In this document: piece after piece, positions 23,453-35,500 of the stretch
How the letters are laid out: each line of letters opens with the position of its first letter
Position numbering within the stretch: position 1 is the first letter of the stretch
Source: Leucoraja ocellata
Taxonomy: Eukaryota
Direction of reading: 5' to 3'
Length of the DNA stretch: 64,000 nt
Assembly: GCA_036785375.1 (NCBI GenBank)
Contig: JAWMAR010000541.1
Span: 558,001 to 622,000 of the forward strand
Notes under the pieces: model-generated
What the model was told of the DNA's origin: nothing
Databases searched by the model: none
Seen by the model: only the letters and a program-made list of their open reading frames with translations
Translations under genes and position numbers: made by a program

Positions 23453-25732
23453 ACAAAAAGGCTGGAGAAACTCAGCGGGTGCAGCAGCATCTATGGAGCG
23501 AAGGAAATAGGCAACGTTTCGGGCCGAAACCCTTCTTCAGACTGATCGGGGGCGGGGGTGGGTGGGGACAAGAAAGGGAAAAGGAGGAGTAGCCAGAAGG
23601 CTGGGGGGTGGGAGGAGACAGCAGGGGGGCTGAGGAAGGGGAGGAGACAGCAAGGACTAACAAAATTGGGAGAATTCGATGTTCATGCCCCCGGGGTGCA
23701 GACTCCCCAAACGGAATATGAAGTGCTGTTCCTCCAATTTCCGGTGCTGCTCGCTGTGGCCATGGAGGAGACCCAGGACAGAGAGGTCGGAGACGGAGTG
23801 GGAGGGGGAGTTGAAATACTGAGCCACCGGGAGGTCAGCTTGGTTATTGCGGACCGAGCGGAGGTGTTCGGCGAAACGATCGCCCAACCTCCGCTTGGTC
23901 TCACCGATATAGATCTGCTGACATCTAGAGCAGCGGACGCAATAGATGAGGTTGGAAGAGATGCAGGTGAACCTCTGTCGCACCTGGAACGATTGTTTGG
24001 GTCCTTGAACGGAGTCGAGGGGGGAGGTAAAGGGACAAGTGTTGCATCTCTTGCGGTTGCAAGGGAAAGTGCCCGGGGAGGGGGTGGACCGAGAGGGAAG
24101 GGAAGAATTGACAAGGGAGTTATGGAGGGAGTGGTCTTTGTGGAAGGCAGATATGGGGGGAGATGGGAAGATGTGGCGAGTGGTGGGGTCACGTTGGAGG
24201 TGGCGAAACTGACGGAGGATTACTTTTTGTATGTGACGGCTGGTGGGGTGAAAGGTGAGGACTAGGGGGACTCGGCCCTTGTTGCGAGTGCGGGGATGGG
24301 GAGAGAGAGCAGTGTTGCGGGGTATGGAAGAGACCCTGGTGCGAGCCTCATTTATGGTGGAGGAGGGGAACCCCCGTTCCCTGAATAGTGAGGACATTTC
24401 AGATGTCCTGGTGTGGAACGCCTCATCCGTGGAGCAGATGCGGCGTAGACGGAGGAATTGGGAGTAGGGGATGGAGTCCTTACAGGAAGCAGGGTGGGAA
24501 GAAGTGTAGTCCAGATAGCCATGGGAGTCAGTGGGTTTATAGTGTATGTCGGTTAGAAGTCTATCACCTGCAATGGAGATAGTGAGGTCAAGGAATGGTA
24601 GGGAAGTGTCGGAAATGGTCCAGGTGTATTTGAGTGCCGGATGGAAGTTAGTGGTGAAGTGGATGAAGTCAGTCAGTTGTGTGCGGGTGCAGGAGGTGGC
24701 ACCAAAGCAGTCGTCGATGTAGCGGAGGTAGAGGTCGGGGATGGGGCCCTGGTATGTATTGAACAAGGATTACTCGACGTAACCTACAAATAGGCAGGCA
24801 TAGCTGGGGCCCATGCGTGTGCCCATAGCTACGCCTTGTATTTGGAGGAAGTGGGAGGAGTCGAACGTGAAGTTATTGAGGGTAAGGACCAGCTCCGCTA
24901 GGCGGAGGAGAGTGTCAGTGGCTGGGTATGGGTTGCTTCTCTGGTCGAGGAAGAACCGGAGGGCTATGAGACCATCGTGGTGGGGGATGGAGGTGTAGAG
25001 TGATTGGACGTCCATGGTGAAGATGAGGGGGTGAGGGCCTAGAGAATTGAATGCGCGGAGACGACGGAGAGTGTCTGAGGTGTCTTGAACATAGGTAGGG
25101 AGGGATTTAACCAAGGGTGATAGGATGGAGTCAAGGAATTTGGAAATGAGTTTGGTGGGGCACGAACAGGCGGAGACAATGGGTCTTCCGGGACAATCAG
25201 GTTTGTGGATTTTAGGGAGAAGGTAAAATCGGGCTGTGCGGGGCTGGGGAACGATGAGGTTGGAGGCTCGGTCGGGTAGGGCATTGGAGTGGATGAAGTT
25301 GGTGATGGTGCTGGAGATGGTGGCCTGGTGCTTGTCAGTGGGGTCATGGTCCAGGGGTAAGTAGGAGGAGGTGTCCGATAGTTGGCGCGTGGCCTCAGCT
25401 TTGTAGAGATCGGCGCGCCAGACTACCATGGCACCTCCCTTGTCAGCGGGTTTGATAACCAAATCTGGGTTGTTGCGGAGTCGATGGCAGAACGTTCCTG
25501 TGGTGAGAGATTGGAGTGAGACAGGGGAGTGGAGAAGTTGAGGCGGTTGATGTCGCGACGGCAGTTATTGATAAAAAGTTCTAAAGCCGGAAATTGGCCA
25601 CGAGGGGGGTTCCACGAGGAGGGGGTGCGTTGGAGACGGGAAAAGGGGTCATCAGTGGGGGGCGAGGACTCCTTCCCATGGAAGTACGCTGTGAGGCGGA
25701 GGCGACGGTAGAAGCGCTCCAAGTCGTGGTGG
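23453..25732 (-). mobile_element. Penelope-like element (Neptune type), 5'-truncated, RT + GIY-YIG endonuclease
   Basis: ORFs 24770-25462 (KPADKGG, TMDVQSLYT, GVAMGT) and 23657-24766 (RYIDD, CNRKRCNTC linker, LIYCVRC...YIGET) are in one frame, split by one stop. ggaggaagtt is duplicated at 23443-23452 and 25733-25742. Inserted in a CR1 3' fragment. Confidence 0.93.
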
Positions 25733-25742
25733 GGAGGAAGTT

Positions 25743-25962
25743 CTTTCGTCAGCAAGTATTTAATCTGAGGAACACATTGCCACAGGGAGCCGTGGAGGCC
25801 GTCAGTGGGGATTTTAAGGCAGAGATAGACAAATTCCTGATTAGAACGGGTGTCAAGGGTTCTGGGGAAAAGTCAGGAAAATGGGATTAGGAGGCAGAGC
25901 CATAATTGAATGACGGAGTGGACTCGATGGGCCGAATTCTCATCCTATCATTTGTGAACATG
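25743..25962 (+). mobile_element. CR1 3' end abutting the class II beta promoter
   Basis: FFRQQVFNLRNTLPQ...AEIDKFL; CR1 3'UTR gatgggccgaat...cctatcatttgtgaacatg. Confidence 0.75.
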
Positions 25963-26160
25963 CCCGGCTGTGATTGGCCCCTCTCTACCCGGCTGTGATT
26001 GGCCCCTCTCTACCCGGCTGTGATTGGCCCCTCTCTACCCGGCTGTGATTGGCCCCTCTCTACCCGGCTGTGATTGGCCCCTCTCTACCCGGCTGTGATT
26101 GGCTCCTCTCTACCCGGTTGTGATTGGTGATTGGTTTGTGCTGCTGGGTCGGTATATAAA
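25963..26160 (+). promoter_or_regulatory. MHC class II beta proximal promoter: 25-bp tandem array of Y boxes (inverted CCAAT) + TATA box
   Basis: Unit cccggctgtgATTGGcccctctcta starts at 25963, 25988, 26013, 26038, 26063, 26088 and 26113, plus one extra tgattgg (8 ATTGG in total). tatataaa at 26153-26160, 77 bp before the ATG. Confidence 0.8.
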
Positions 26161-26236
26161 GCGGGTGTGGTGGTGTCGCTGCTGTTTAGCTCCAGGCTGT
26201 GGGATCTTTGCTTTAGTTGGTGCCCAGTGAGCGGTG

Positions 26237-26333
26237 ATGAAGGACGGCGCCGCCCAGCTCCGCTCCCTGTGGTTCAGGGTTGCGCTCTTGTTCTGTTCCC
26301 TGCTGCTCCCTGGACAGCACGATGTTGGAGTCG
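26237..26333 (+). CDS. DAB: MHC class II beta exon 1 (signal peptide)
   Basis: MKDGAAQLRSLWFRVALLFCSLLLPGQHDVGV + 1 nt, then GTGAGT donor at 26334; lies downstream of Y boxes and TATA; CpG-rich. Confidence 0.8.
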
Positions 26334-26759
26334 GTGAGTAGCGACTGTAACTTCTGTGATGGATCTGTCCCGATCTGGCATCTTGCCGGGTCTCAGCGCT
26401 CACTCGCGGCTCCGTGTCTCCGCGGCCACGGAGCTGGTAGTGGAAGGACACGGGCTTTAGGGTGATGTAGGGATGTTGTCCACACTAGTAATGGAAGTGT
26501 CGCATTCGGCCCCTTGACAAAAACCACCATTCCGTAAACTTACCTCTGATCTTGGGCACCATCTCCCTGCACGATACAGTACTGTATTCCTTGTTCTCCT
26601 CGCTGCCCTGAAACTTCCGCCGCCCGCAGTACCAGACGTCCAGTAACTCGAGTGAAGAAAGTCTCGGCAACTCTCTTAAACCATCCCGGGACTTGACATT
26701 TCAGCCGCGGGAAAACGCCCCCTGTCGTCCAGCCTGTCCCGCTACCGAACTATTTTATA

Positions 26760-27200
26760 CATTGTAAGTAAGTTTATTGGCCAAGTATTCACATACAAGG
26801 AATTTGCCTTGGTGCACCGCCCACAAGTCACAACATGACATACAGTGACAGTTACAAATGACTCGGACAACACTAAACATTAATAATATAAAACATTAAT
26901 GATAAAACACCATTGATCAAGCATGTGAACCAACAAGATACCGGATCAAAGGGGGCTACAGATATTTGGCTGTTGAGTAGAGCAACTACTCGTGGATAAA
27001 ATCTGTTTGGCTGTGGCAGCTTTGTCAGTCCGGAGTCGCCTTCCAGTGAGAAGTGATTCAAAGAGTTTGTGGCCAGGGTGAGAGGGGTCAGAGATGATCT
27101 TGCCCGCTCACTTCCTGGCCCTTGCAGTGTACAGTTCATCATTGGATGGAAGGTTGCAGCCAATAATCTTCTCTGCTGATCGGACGATTTGCTGCATTGT
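26760..27200 (-). mobile_element. Rex1/Babar-like LINE 3' fragment
   Basis: Minus-strand remnants of HPGHKLFESLLTG and FYPRVVALLN; 3' tail near 26765-26780. Confidence 0.55.
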
Positions 27201-27639
27201 ATACTTGTAAATTCTACCATTGTTCAGAAACATCAGGCTAATTAGTTGGTTGTCAGTTTGTTCTCACTCATTTGTTAAACATTAGTATCACATTTTCTAT
27301 TCACCACTCAAGAACCTATGATATTTTGGGAGGTGAAAACCAGTGTATCTATATTTTACATCCACCCTTTAAAACATGAGGGCAGAATATGGGTCCTTGG
27401 CTTATGTACCTCGCAGCATGTGTGATGTGAGGTGTGTTACTTTTGTAAGAAGGCTTTGTCTGAATGAGTATGTAGCGCTGCGATGGAGAGGGATAGGGAT
27501 GTCCTGTTCAAAAGTTGTCACGAGCAATTTTTTGGCTACAACATTTAATTAGGAAATCCAACACTTGCTTATTACTGAAGAAATTGAATACAAATATAGG
27601 CAGGTTGTCCTCATGATATTTGTCTTGGACAGTCTGTTG

Positions 27640-29790
27640 GTGTTAAGATAGACACAACATGCTGGAGCAACTCTGCGGGACAGGCAGCATCTGTGGAGAG
27701 AAGGATGGGATGACGTTTTGGATTGAGACCAATGGAAAGTCTAGAGGTATGGAAGGGGGAAGGTGTGAAAACAACAGATGGAAGCAGAATGGTAGAATGG
27801 TTCATTGTTGGCCGAGGGGAGGGTGTCAAGGAGGTAAATAATCAGTCAAATTCATCAGATGGACAGTGAAACTAACCGGAGAACTAGTGTGGGGGAGGGG
27901 TGGAGAGAGGGAAAACAAGGGTTACTTAATGTTAGAAAAATCTATATACTGCTGGGGTGTAAACTGCCTAAGCAAAATGAGGTGCTATTTCTCCAATTGG
28001 CATTGGGCCTCACAGAGTGGAGGAGGCCCAGGACAGAAAGGTCAGTGTGGGAATGAGGGGAGTTAGTGTTTAGTAACCGGGCGATCGCGTAGGCCTAGGT
28101 GGACTGAGTTGAGGTGATCAGTGAGACAATCGCTGAGCCGGTGCTTGGTCTCGCCAATATACAGGAGTCCACACCTGGAACAGTGGATATAGTAGATGAG
28201 GTGCAGTAAACCTCTGCCTCACCTGAAAGAAAATCAGGGTCGTTAAATGGAGTCGATGGGGGAGCTGTAGGGACAGGTGTTGCATTTCCTGCGGTTGCAG
28301 GGGAAAGTACCTGGGCACGGGGTGGTTTGGGTGGGAAGGGATGAGTTAACCCAGGAGTTGCGGAGGGAATGGTCTCTGCGGAAGGCGGAAAGGGGTGAAG
28401 ATGGGATGAAGCGGCGAATGGTGGGATCCTGTTGGAGGTGACAACAATGTTGGAGGATTATATGCTGTATGCAACAGCTGATGGGGTGAAAGGTGAAGAC
28501 TAGGGGCACTCTGTCCCTGTTGGGGGAGGGGGAACACAAGTGCAGCTGCGGGGTACTGAGGAGACCTGCTCTGATCTCACCTATGATGGAAGAAGGGAAT
28601 CCCTGTTCCTTAAAGAATGAGAACATCTGGGATGTCCTTGTATGGAACACAACTTGTCTTGGGGCAAGGAGTGGTGCAGATGGAGGGATTGAGAGTAGGG
28701 GATAGTCTTTTCAGGAGGCAGGATGGGAAGAAGTGTAGTCTAGACAGATGTCAGTCGATAGTCTATCTCCAGTGATGGAGATGGTGAGATCAGGAAATGG
28801 AAGGGAGATGTCGGAGATGGTCCAAGTGAATTTGAGTGCAGGAGGCAGCCCCGATGCAGTTGACAATGTAGCGGAGATAGGGTTTGGGGATAAGGCCAGT
28901 GTACGCCTGGAACAGGGATTGTTGGACATACCCTACAGAGAAGCAGGCATAGCTGGGGCCCATGTGAGTGCCCATAGCTACGCCTTGGATTTGGAGGAAA
29001 TGGGAGGAGTCAAAGTTGTTGAGAGTAAGGACCAGCTTCGCTCAGTGGAGGAGAGTGGAGGGAAATTGGTTAGTTCTGCGGTTGAGGAAGAAACAAAGGG
29101 CTTTAAGGCCTTCCTGGTTGGAGATAGAGGGGGAGAGTGACTGAACATCCACAGTGACGATGAGGGAGTGGGGGGGGCTGGAAAATGGATGTCATTGAAG
29201 AGACAAAAGGGATCTGATGTGTCTTGGACACGAGTCGGGGGAGGAGGGGGGGAGGGATAAGATGGAGTTGAGGTATGTGGAAATGAATTCAGTGGGACAG
29301 GAGCAGGCAGGAACAATGGGTGCGCAAGGCCAGTTGTGTTTATGGGTTTTGGGGAGGAGGTTAAACCGGGCCGTGCGGGGCTGGGAAATGACAAGGTTGG
29401 AGGCTGCAGAGGGCAGACAGCTGAAAGTGATCAAATCAGACATACTCCGATTATGGTTGTCTGTGGTCCAAGGGCAAGTCAGGTGTCTGAGAGCTGGTGC
29501 CTGGTGTCACTATGGTAGAGGTCAGCTCACCAGTCGGTCACGGCACCTCCCATGACGGTGAGTTGATATGATATTGGGGTTGGTGCAGAGTGAGCGGTGG
29601 CCTGTACGTTCAGATGGGGAGAGGTTAGAGTAGGTGAGGTGAGTGGAAAAGTTGAGACAGTTGATGTCACATTGGTAGTTACAAATAAAGATCTAAAGAG
29701 GGTAGACGGCTGCCTGGGAGAGTGCAGAGGAGTGGGACGGGTGGGGTAGGGGTCATCACTGAGTGGTGAGGAATCCTTCCCATAGAGTAA
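27640..29790 (-). mobile_element. Degraded Penelope-like element
   Basis: Fragments PRTARFNLLPK, MGTHMGPSYAC, RVPLVFTFHP, PGTFPCNRRKCNTCP, collinear with the copy at 23453-25732. Confidence 0.88.
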
Positions 29791-30376
29791 TGCCCCTGTC
29801 CCACTTAGGAGACCTGAACGGAAACCTCTGGAGACTTTGCGCCCCACCCAAGGTTTCTGTGCAGTTCCCGGAGGTTTTTGTCAGTCTCCCTAATGGTCGA
29901 AAGTGGTTTCCGCTTCTTCTATGTTCTGCCGATTATTTCAAAAAATTAAAAACCGGCCGCGACTAAAAATAGGTTGCCGTTTTAAAAATCGGTCATTTTT
30001 TAGTTGAAGCCGGTAGCCATGCTAGTTGAAGGTGGTTGCCGGAGGTTGCTGGTAGTGGAAGGTAAGACCCTTTTCCCACCCAGTTTTATTCCACCAGGGA
30101 TCGTCTTACCTTCCACCACGGCAACCTATTTTTAGTCGGCTTTGAATTTTTTTAAATAACCGCCGGATCATAGAAGAAGTCTCAGTTGCAGTGGGGAGTT
30201 TGCATGTTCTCCCTGTGGCCATTAATTCCCTCCCTTCTCTCTCTCCCTCCCTTCTCCCTTCTCTCTCCGCTTTCGACCACTTTCGACAAAAACCTCCAGG
30301 AACTGCACGGAAACCTCGGGTGGGGCGCAAAGTCTGCAGAGGTTTCCGTTCAGGTCTCCTAAGTGGGACAGGGGCA
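29791..30376. mobile_element. MITE with ~95-bp TIRs, PIF/Harbinger (Tourist-like)
   Basis: tgcccctgtcccacttaggagacctgaacggaaacc... and its reverse complement ending at 30376; flanked by taa/tta; shares the terminal cctgtcccact with the MITE at 17119. Confidence 0.85.
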
Positions 30377-30900
30377 TTAGGAGGTAATGGAAGAAAAGCT
30401 CTTTCATATGGCAGAGAGGAACGAAGGAAAGGCCTCTGAGGACTGTCAGGAGCAGTCCAGCTGTGGGTAGTTGACATGGAGTGTCGGTGGAATGACAAGT
30501 CTGGAGGCAGACAAAGCTAGTAGTCTGTGGTGAGAAACTGGTTGTTGAGGCTTGGACCTAGTGTAGAATGAAGTAAAGTTGTGAGAGGCATAGAGTAAAC
30601 ATTCAGAGATTGTTCCCAGGGTCCAACAATAGAGGGTTAAGGTGAGAGGCAGAATGTTTTATGGAGATATACAAGGCAAGTTTGTTGGTGAGTAGTGGAG
30701 GCCTGGAGCACGTTGCCAGCGATGGTGGTGACAACAGATACAATGGTGGTGGCATTTAGGAGACTTTTGGATGGGTACATGGAAGCGCAGAGGATAGAGG
30801 GATATGGATCATGTGCAGGCAGATAAAATCTGTTTATGTTTGGGGCAAACATTGTGGGCTGAAGGGCCATTCATGTGCAGGACTGTTCTGTTCCAGACTA

Positions 30901-31262
30901 GAGGCCCGGGACCGTTGGAGAGCAGTGGAGGAGGGTCAGGGCGGTGAGCACTTAAATCGGGCGCGGGGCTTGTTTTCACAGAGGCCCGGGACCGTTGGAG
31001 AGCAGTGGAGGAGGGTCAGGGCGGTGAGTACTTAAATCGGGCGCGGGGCTTTATTTCACAGAGGCCCGGGACCATTGGAGAGCAGTGGAGGAGGGTCAGG
31101 GCGGTGAGTACTTAAATCGGGCGCGGGGCTTGTTTTCACAGAGGCCCGGGACCGTTGGAGAGCAGTGGAGGAGGGTCAGGGCGGTGAGTACTTAAATCGG
31201 GCGCGGGGCTTTATTTCACAGAGGCCCGGGACCGTTGGAGAGCAGTGGAGGAGGGTCAGGGC
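30901..31262 (+). repeat. 80-bp tandem monomers (4.5 copies) at the CR1 5' end
   Basis: Unit gaggcccgggaccgttggag...ttttcaca at 30901, 30981, 31061, 31141 and 31221 (partial). Confidence 0.95.
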
Positions 31263-31644
31263 TTTTTTACCAAAATCCGTAACGTTCCACACTCCATAGT
31301 GAGGGTTCTGGTGGAAGCCGCTGATTGGTGGAAGCAGACTAGAGGAAGCAATTGATTGGGTGCAACCTCAGGTTAGCATTTGTGCTTTCTGGTTAAAGGT
31401 ACAGTGCTGTAGTAAAGGCACAGTGGGCTAAAGGTGCAGTGCTTTAGTAAAGGTACAGTGGGCTAAAGGTGCAGTGCTGTAGTAAAGGTACAGTGGGCTA
31501 AAGGTGCAGTGCTTTTTGTTTATATAATAAAGGTGCAGTTTAAAGGTCACGAGGGAGCAGCTGTTGTGAGTCAGATACCTGCTGATTTCTCCCAGCAGTT
31601 TCTATTGTATTATACTTGTATCGGATCCAGGGTAAGGCGGGAGA

Positions 31645-32577
31645 ATGACAGTCAGAGCAGTATACTGTTCTGGATGTCAGATGTGGGAGGTCATGGTGTC
31701 GGATGGCCCTCCAGACATCCACATCTGCACCAGGTGCAGCGAGATGGGGCTCCTAAGGGACCGTATTAGGATCCTGGAGCAGCAGCTCGATGACCTCGCT
31801 CTGATCAGGGAGAGTGAGGAGGTCATAGAGGGGAATTATAGGGAGGTGGTCACTCCAAAGCCACGGGAGAGAGACATGTGGGTCACGCTAAGGAAGGGCA
31901 AGGGGCAGAGGCAGGAACGAGTGAGTACTCCAATGTCGGTACACCTCGCAAATAAGTACTCCTGTTTGAGTACGGATGGGGGTGACAGCCTGCCCGGCGG
32001 TAGTGACAGCGGACGGGCCTCCAGCACAGAGACCGGCCCTGTTGCTCCAAAAGCTAGGGAAAAAAAGAGGGCAATAGTAATTGGGGACTCTATTGTTAGG
32101 GGGTCGGATAGGCGATTCTGTGGACGCAGTCGGGAGACCAGGATGGTGGTCTGCCTCCCTGGTGCCAAGGTCTCGGACGTGTCTCAACGCATCCAAGATA
32201 TCCTTAAATCAGAGGGAGAGGAGCCTGAGGTCGTGGTACATATAGGTACCAATGACATAGGTAAAACAAGGGAAGAGGTCCTGAAGGGAGGATTTAGGGA
32301 GTTGGGAGGAGAGTTAAGAAAAAGGACCAAAAAGGTAACAATCTCAGGATTACTGCCTGTGCCACGCGACAGTGAGAGTAGGAATGGAGCGAGGTGGAGG
32401 ATAAATGCGTGGCTGAAAGACTGGTGCAGAGGGCAGGGATTCAAGTTCCTGGATCATTGGGACTTCTTTTGGGGAAGGTGGGACCTGTACAGAAAGGATG
32501 GGTTGCACTTGAACCCGAGGGGGACCAATATCCTAGCGGGGAAATTTGCAAAGGCAGCTGGGGAGACTTTAAACTAG
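31645..32577 (+). CDS. CR1 ORF1p with zinc finger and SGNH esterase
   Basis: Intact 310 aa: VYCSGC...ICTRC, VIGDSIVRG, HIGTND, KDGLHLN. Confidence 0.85.
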   Translation: MTVRAVYCSGCQMWEVMVSDGPPDIHICTRCSEMGLLRDRIRILEQQLDDLALIRESEEVIEGNYREVVTPKPRERDMWVTLRKGKGQRQERVSTPMSVHLANKYSCLSTDGGDSLPGGSDSGRASSTETGPVAPKAREKKRAIVIGDSIVRGSDRRFCGRSRETRMVVCLPGAKVSDVSQRIQDILKSEGEEPEVVVHIGTNDIGKTREEVLKGGFRELGGELRKRTKKVTISGLLPVPRDSESRNGARWRINAWLKDWCRGQGFKFLDHWDFFWGRWDLYRKDGLHLNPRGTNILAGKFAKAAGETLN

Positions 32578-35500
32578 AATGGTTGGGGCGAGGGACTCAA
32601 ATAGAGAAAGCTAGTAGACAGAATGGGAGGCAGGAAGCAGAAAAGGGAAGCACTCGGACACAAGAGGAGAAAGAAAAAAAGGAAATAAACAGAATAAGAG
32701 ACTAAGTTTCTTAAATGTGCATATTTTAATGCTAGGAGCATTGTAAGAAAGGTGGATGAGCTTAGAGTCTGGATAGACACCTGGAAGTATGATGTTGTGG
32801 CGATCAGTGAAACGTGGTTGCAGGAGGGCTGTGATTGGAAACTAAATATTCCAGGATTTCGTTGCTTCAGGTGTGATAGAATTGGAGGGGCAAGAGGTGG
32901 AGATGTTGCATTGCTAGTCAGGGAAGATATTACAGCAGTGCTTTGACAGGATAGATTGGAGGGCTCATCTAGGGAGGCTATTTTGGGTGGAATTGAGAAG
33001 TGGGAAAGGTGTAGCAACACTTATAGGGGTGTATTATAGACCGCCAAACGGGGAGCGAGAATTGGAAGAGCAAATATGTAAGGAGATGGCAGATATTAGG
33101 AGTAAGCACAAGGTAGTGATTGGGGGAGATTTCAACTTTCCACACATTGACTGGGAAACACATTCTGTAAATGGGCTGGATGGGTTGGAGTTTGTAAAAT
33201 GTGTGCAGGATAGCTTTTTGCAGCAATACATAGAGGTACCTACTAGAGGAGGGGCAGTGCTGGACCTCCTGTTAGGAAATGAGATGGGACAGGTGGCGGA
33301 GGTATGCGTTGGGGAGCACTGTGATCACAATACCATTAGTTTCAATATAATTATGGAGAGGGTCAGAACTGGACCTAGGGTTGAGATTTTTGATTGGAGA
33401 AAGGCTAACTTTGATGAGATGCGAGATGATTTAAAAGGAGTGAACTGGGACATTTTGTTTTATGGGAAAGATGTAGAAGAGAAATGGAGGACATTTAAAG
33501 GGGAAATTTTAAGAATACAGAATCTTTATGTTCCTGTTCGGTTGAAAGGAAACAGTAAAAATTGGAAAGAGCCATGGTTTTCAAGGGAAATTGGACATCT
33601 TGTTCGGAAAAAGAGAGAGATCTACAATAATTATAGGCAGCATGAAGTAAATGAGGTGCTTGAGGAGTATAAGGAATGTAAAAAGAATCTTAAGAAAGAA
33701 ATTAGAAAAGCTAAAAGAAGATATGAGGTTGCTTTGGCAAGTAAGGTGAAAGTAAATCCAAAGGGTTTCTACAGCTATATTAATAGCAAAAGGATAACGA
33801 GGGATAAAATTGGTCCATTGGAGAGACAGAGTGGACAGCTATCTGCAGAGCCAAGAGAGATGGGGGAGATATTGAACAATTTTTTTTTCTTCGGTATTCA
33901 CCAAAGAGAAGGATATTGAATTATGTGAGGTAAGGGAAACGAGTAGAGTAGCTATGGATACTATGAGGTTCAAAGTAAAAGAAGTACTGACACTTTTGAA
34001 AAATATAAAAGTGGATAAGTCTCCAGGTCCTGACAGGATATTCCCTAGAACATTGAGGGAAGTTAGTGTAGAAATAGCCGTGGCTATGACAGAAATATTT
34101 CAAATGTCATTAGAAACGGGAATAGTCCCCGAGGATTGGCGTACTGCGCATGTTGTTCCATTGTTTAAAAAGGGTTCTAAGAGTAAACCTAGCAATTATA
34201 GACCTGTTAGTTTGACTTCAGTGGTGGGCAAATTAATGGAAAAGATACTTAGAGATAATATATATAAGCATCTAGATAAACAGGGTCTGATTAGGAACAG
34301 TCAACATGGATTTGTGCCTGGAAGGTCATGTTTGACTAATCTTCTTGAATTTTTTGAAGAGGTTACTAGGGACATTGACGAGGGTAAAGCAGTGGATGTT
34401 GTCTATATGGACTTTAGTAAGGCCTTTGACAAGGTTCCTCATGGAAGGTTGGTTAAGAAGGTTCAACTGTTGGGTATAAATGCAGGAATAGCAAGATGGA
34501 TTCAACAGTGGCTGCATGGGAGAAGCCAGAGGGTAATGGTGGATGGCTGTTTATCGGGTTGGAGGCAGGTGACTAGTGGGGTGCCTCAGGGATCTGTGTT
34601 GGGTCCTTTGTTGTTTGTCATGTACATCAATGACCTGGATGAAGGGGTGGTAAATTGGATTAGTAAGTATGCAGATGATACCAAGATAGGGGGTGTTGTG
34701 GATAATGAAGAGGATTTCCAAAGTCTACAGAGTGATTTAGGCCATTTGGAAAAATGGGCTGAAAGATGGCAGATGGAGTTTAATGCTGATAAATGTGAGG
34801 TGCTACACCTTGGCAGACAAATCAAAATAGGACGTACATGGTAAATGGTAGGGAATTGAAGAATACAGTTGAACAGAGGATCTGGGTATAACCGTGCATA
34901 GTTCCTTGAAGGTGGAAATCTCATATAGATAGGGTGGTAAAGAAAGCTTTTGGTATGCTAGCCTTTATAAATCAGAGCATTGAGTATAGAAGCTGGGATG
35001 TAATGTTAAAATTGTACAAGGCATTGGTGAGACCAAATCTGGAGTATGGTGTACAATTTTGGTCGCCCAATTATAGGAAGGATGTCAACAAAATAGAGAG
35101 AGTACAGAGGAGATTTACTAGAATGTTGCCTGGGTTTCAACAACTAAGTTACAGAGATAGGTTGAATAAGTTAGGTCTTTATTCTCTGGAGTGCAGAAGG
35201 TTAAGGGGGGACTTGATAGAGTCTTTAAAATGATGAGAGGGGATAGACAGAGTTGATGTGGACAACCTTTTCCCTTTGAGAATAGGAAGATTCAAACAAG
35301 AGGACGTGACTTCAGAATTAAGGGACAGAAGTTTAGGGTAATATGAGGGGGAACTTCTTTACTCAGAGAGTGGTAGCGGTGTGGAATGAGCTTCCAGTGG
35401 AAGTGGTGGAGGCAGGTTCATTGGTATCATTTAAAAATAAATTGGATAGGCATATGGATGAGAAGGGAATGGAGGGTTATGGTATGAGTGCAGGCAGGTG

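Noticed and set aside
25963-26134. CRISPR-like regular repeats (also 30901-31262, 51635-52010, 53388-53734)
   Set aside because: Head-to-tail tandem units without unique spacers, no cas genes, eukaryotic DNA.
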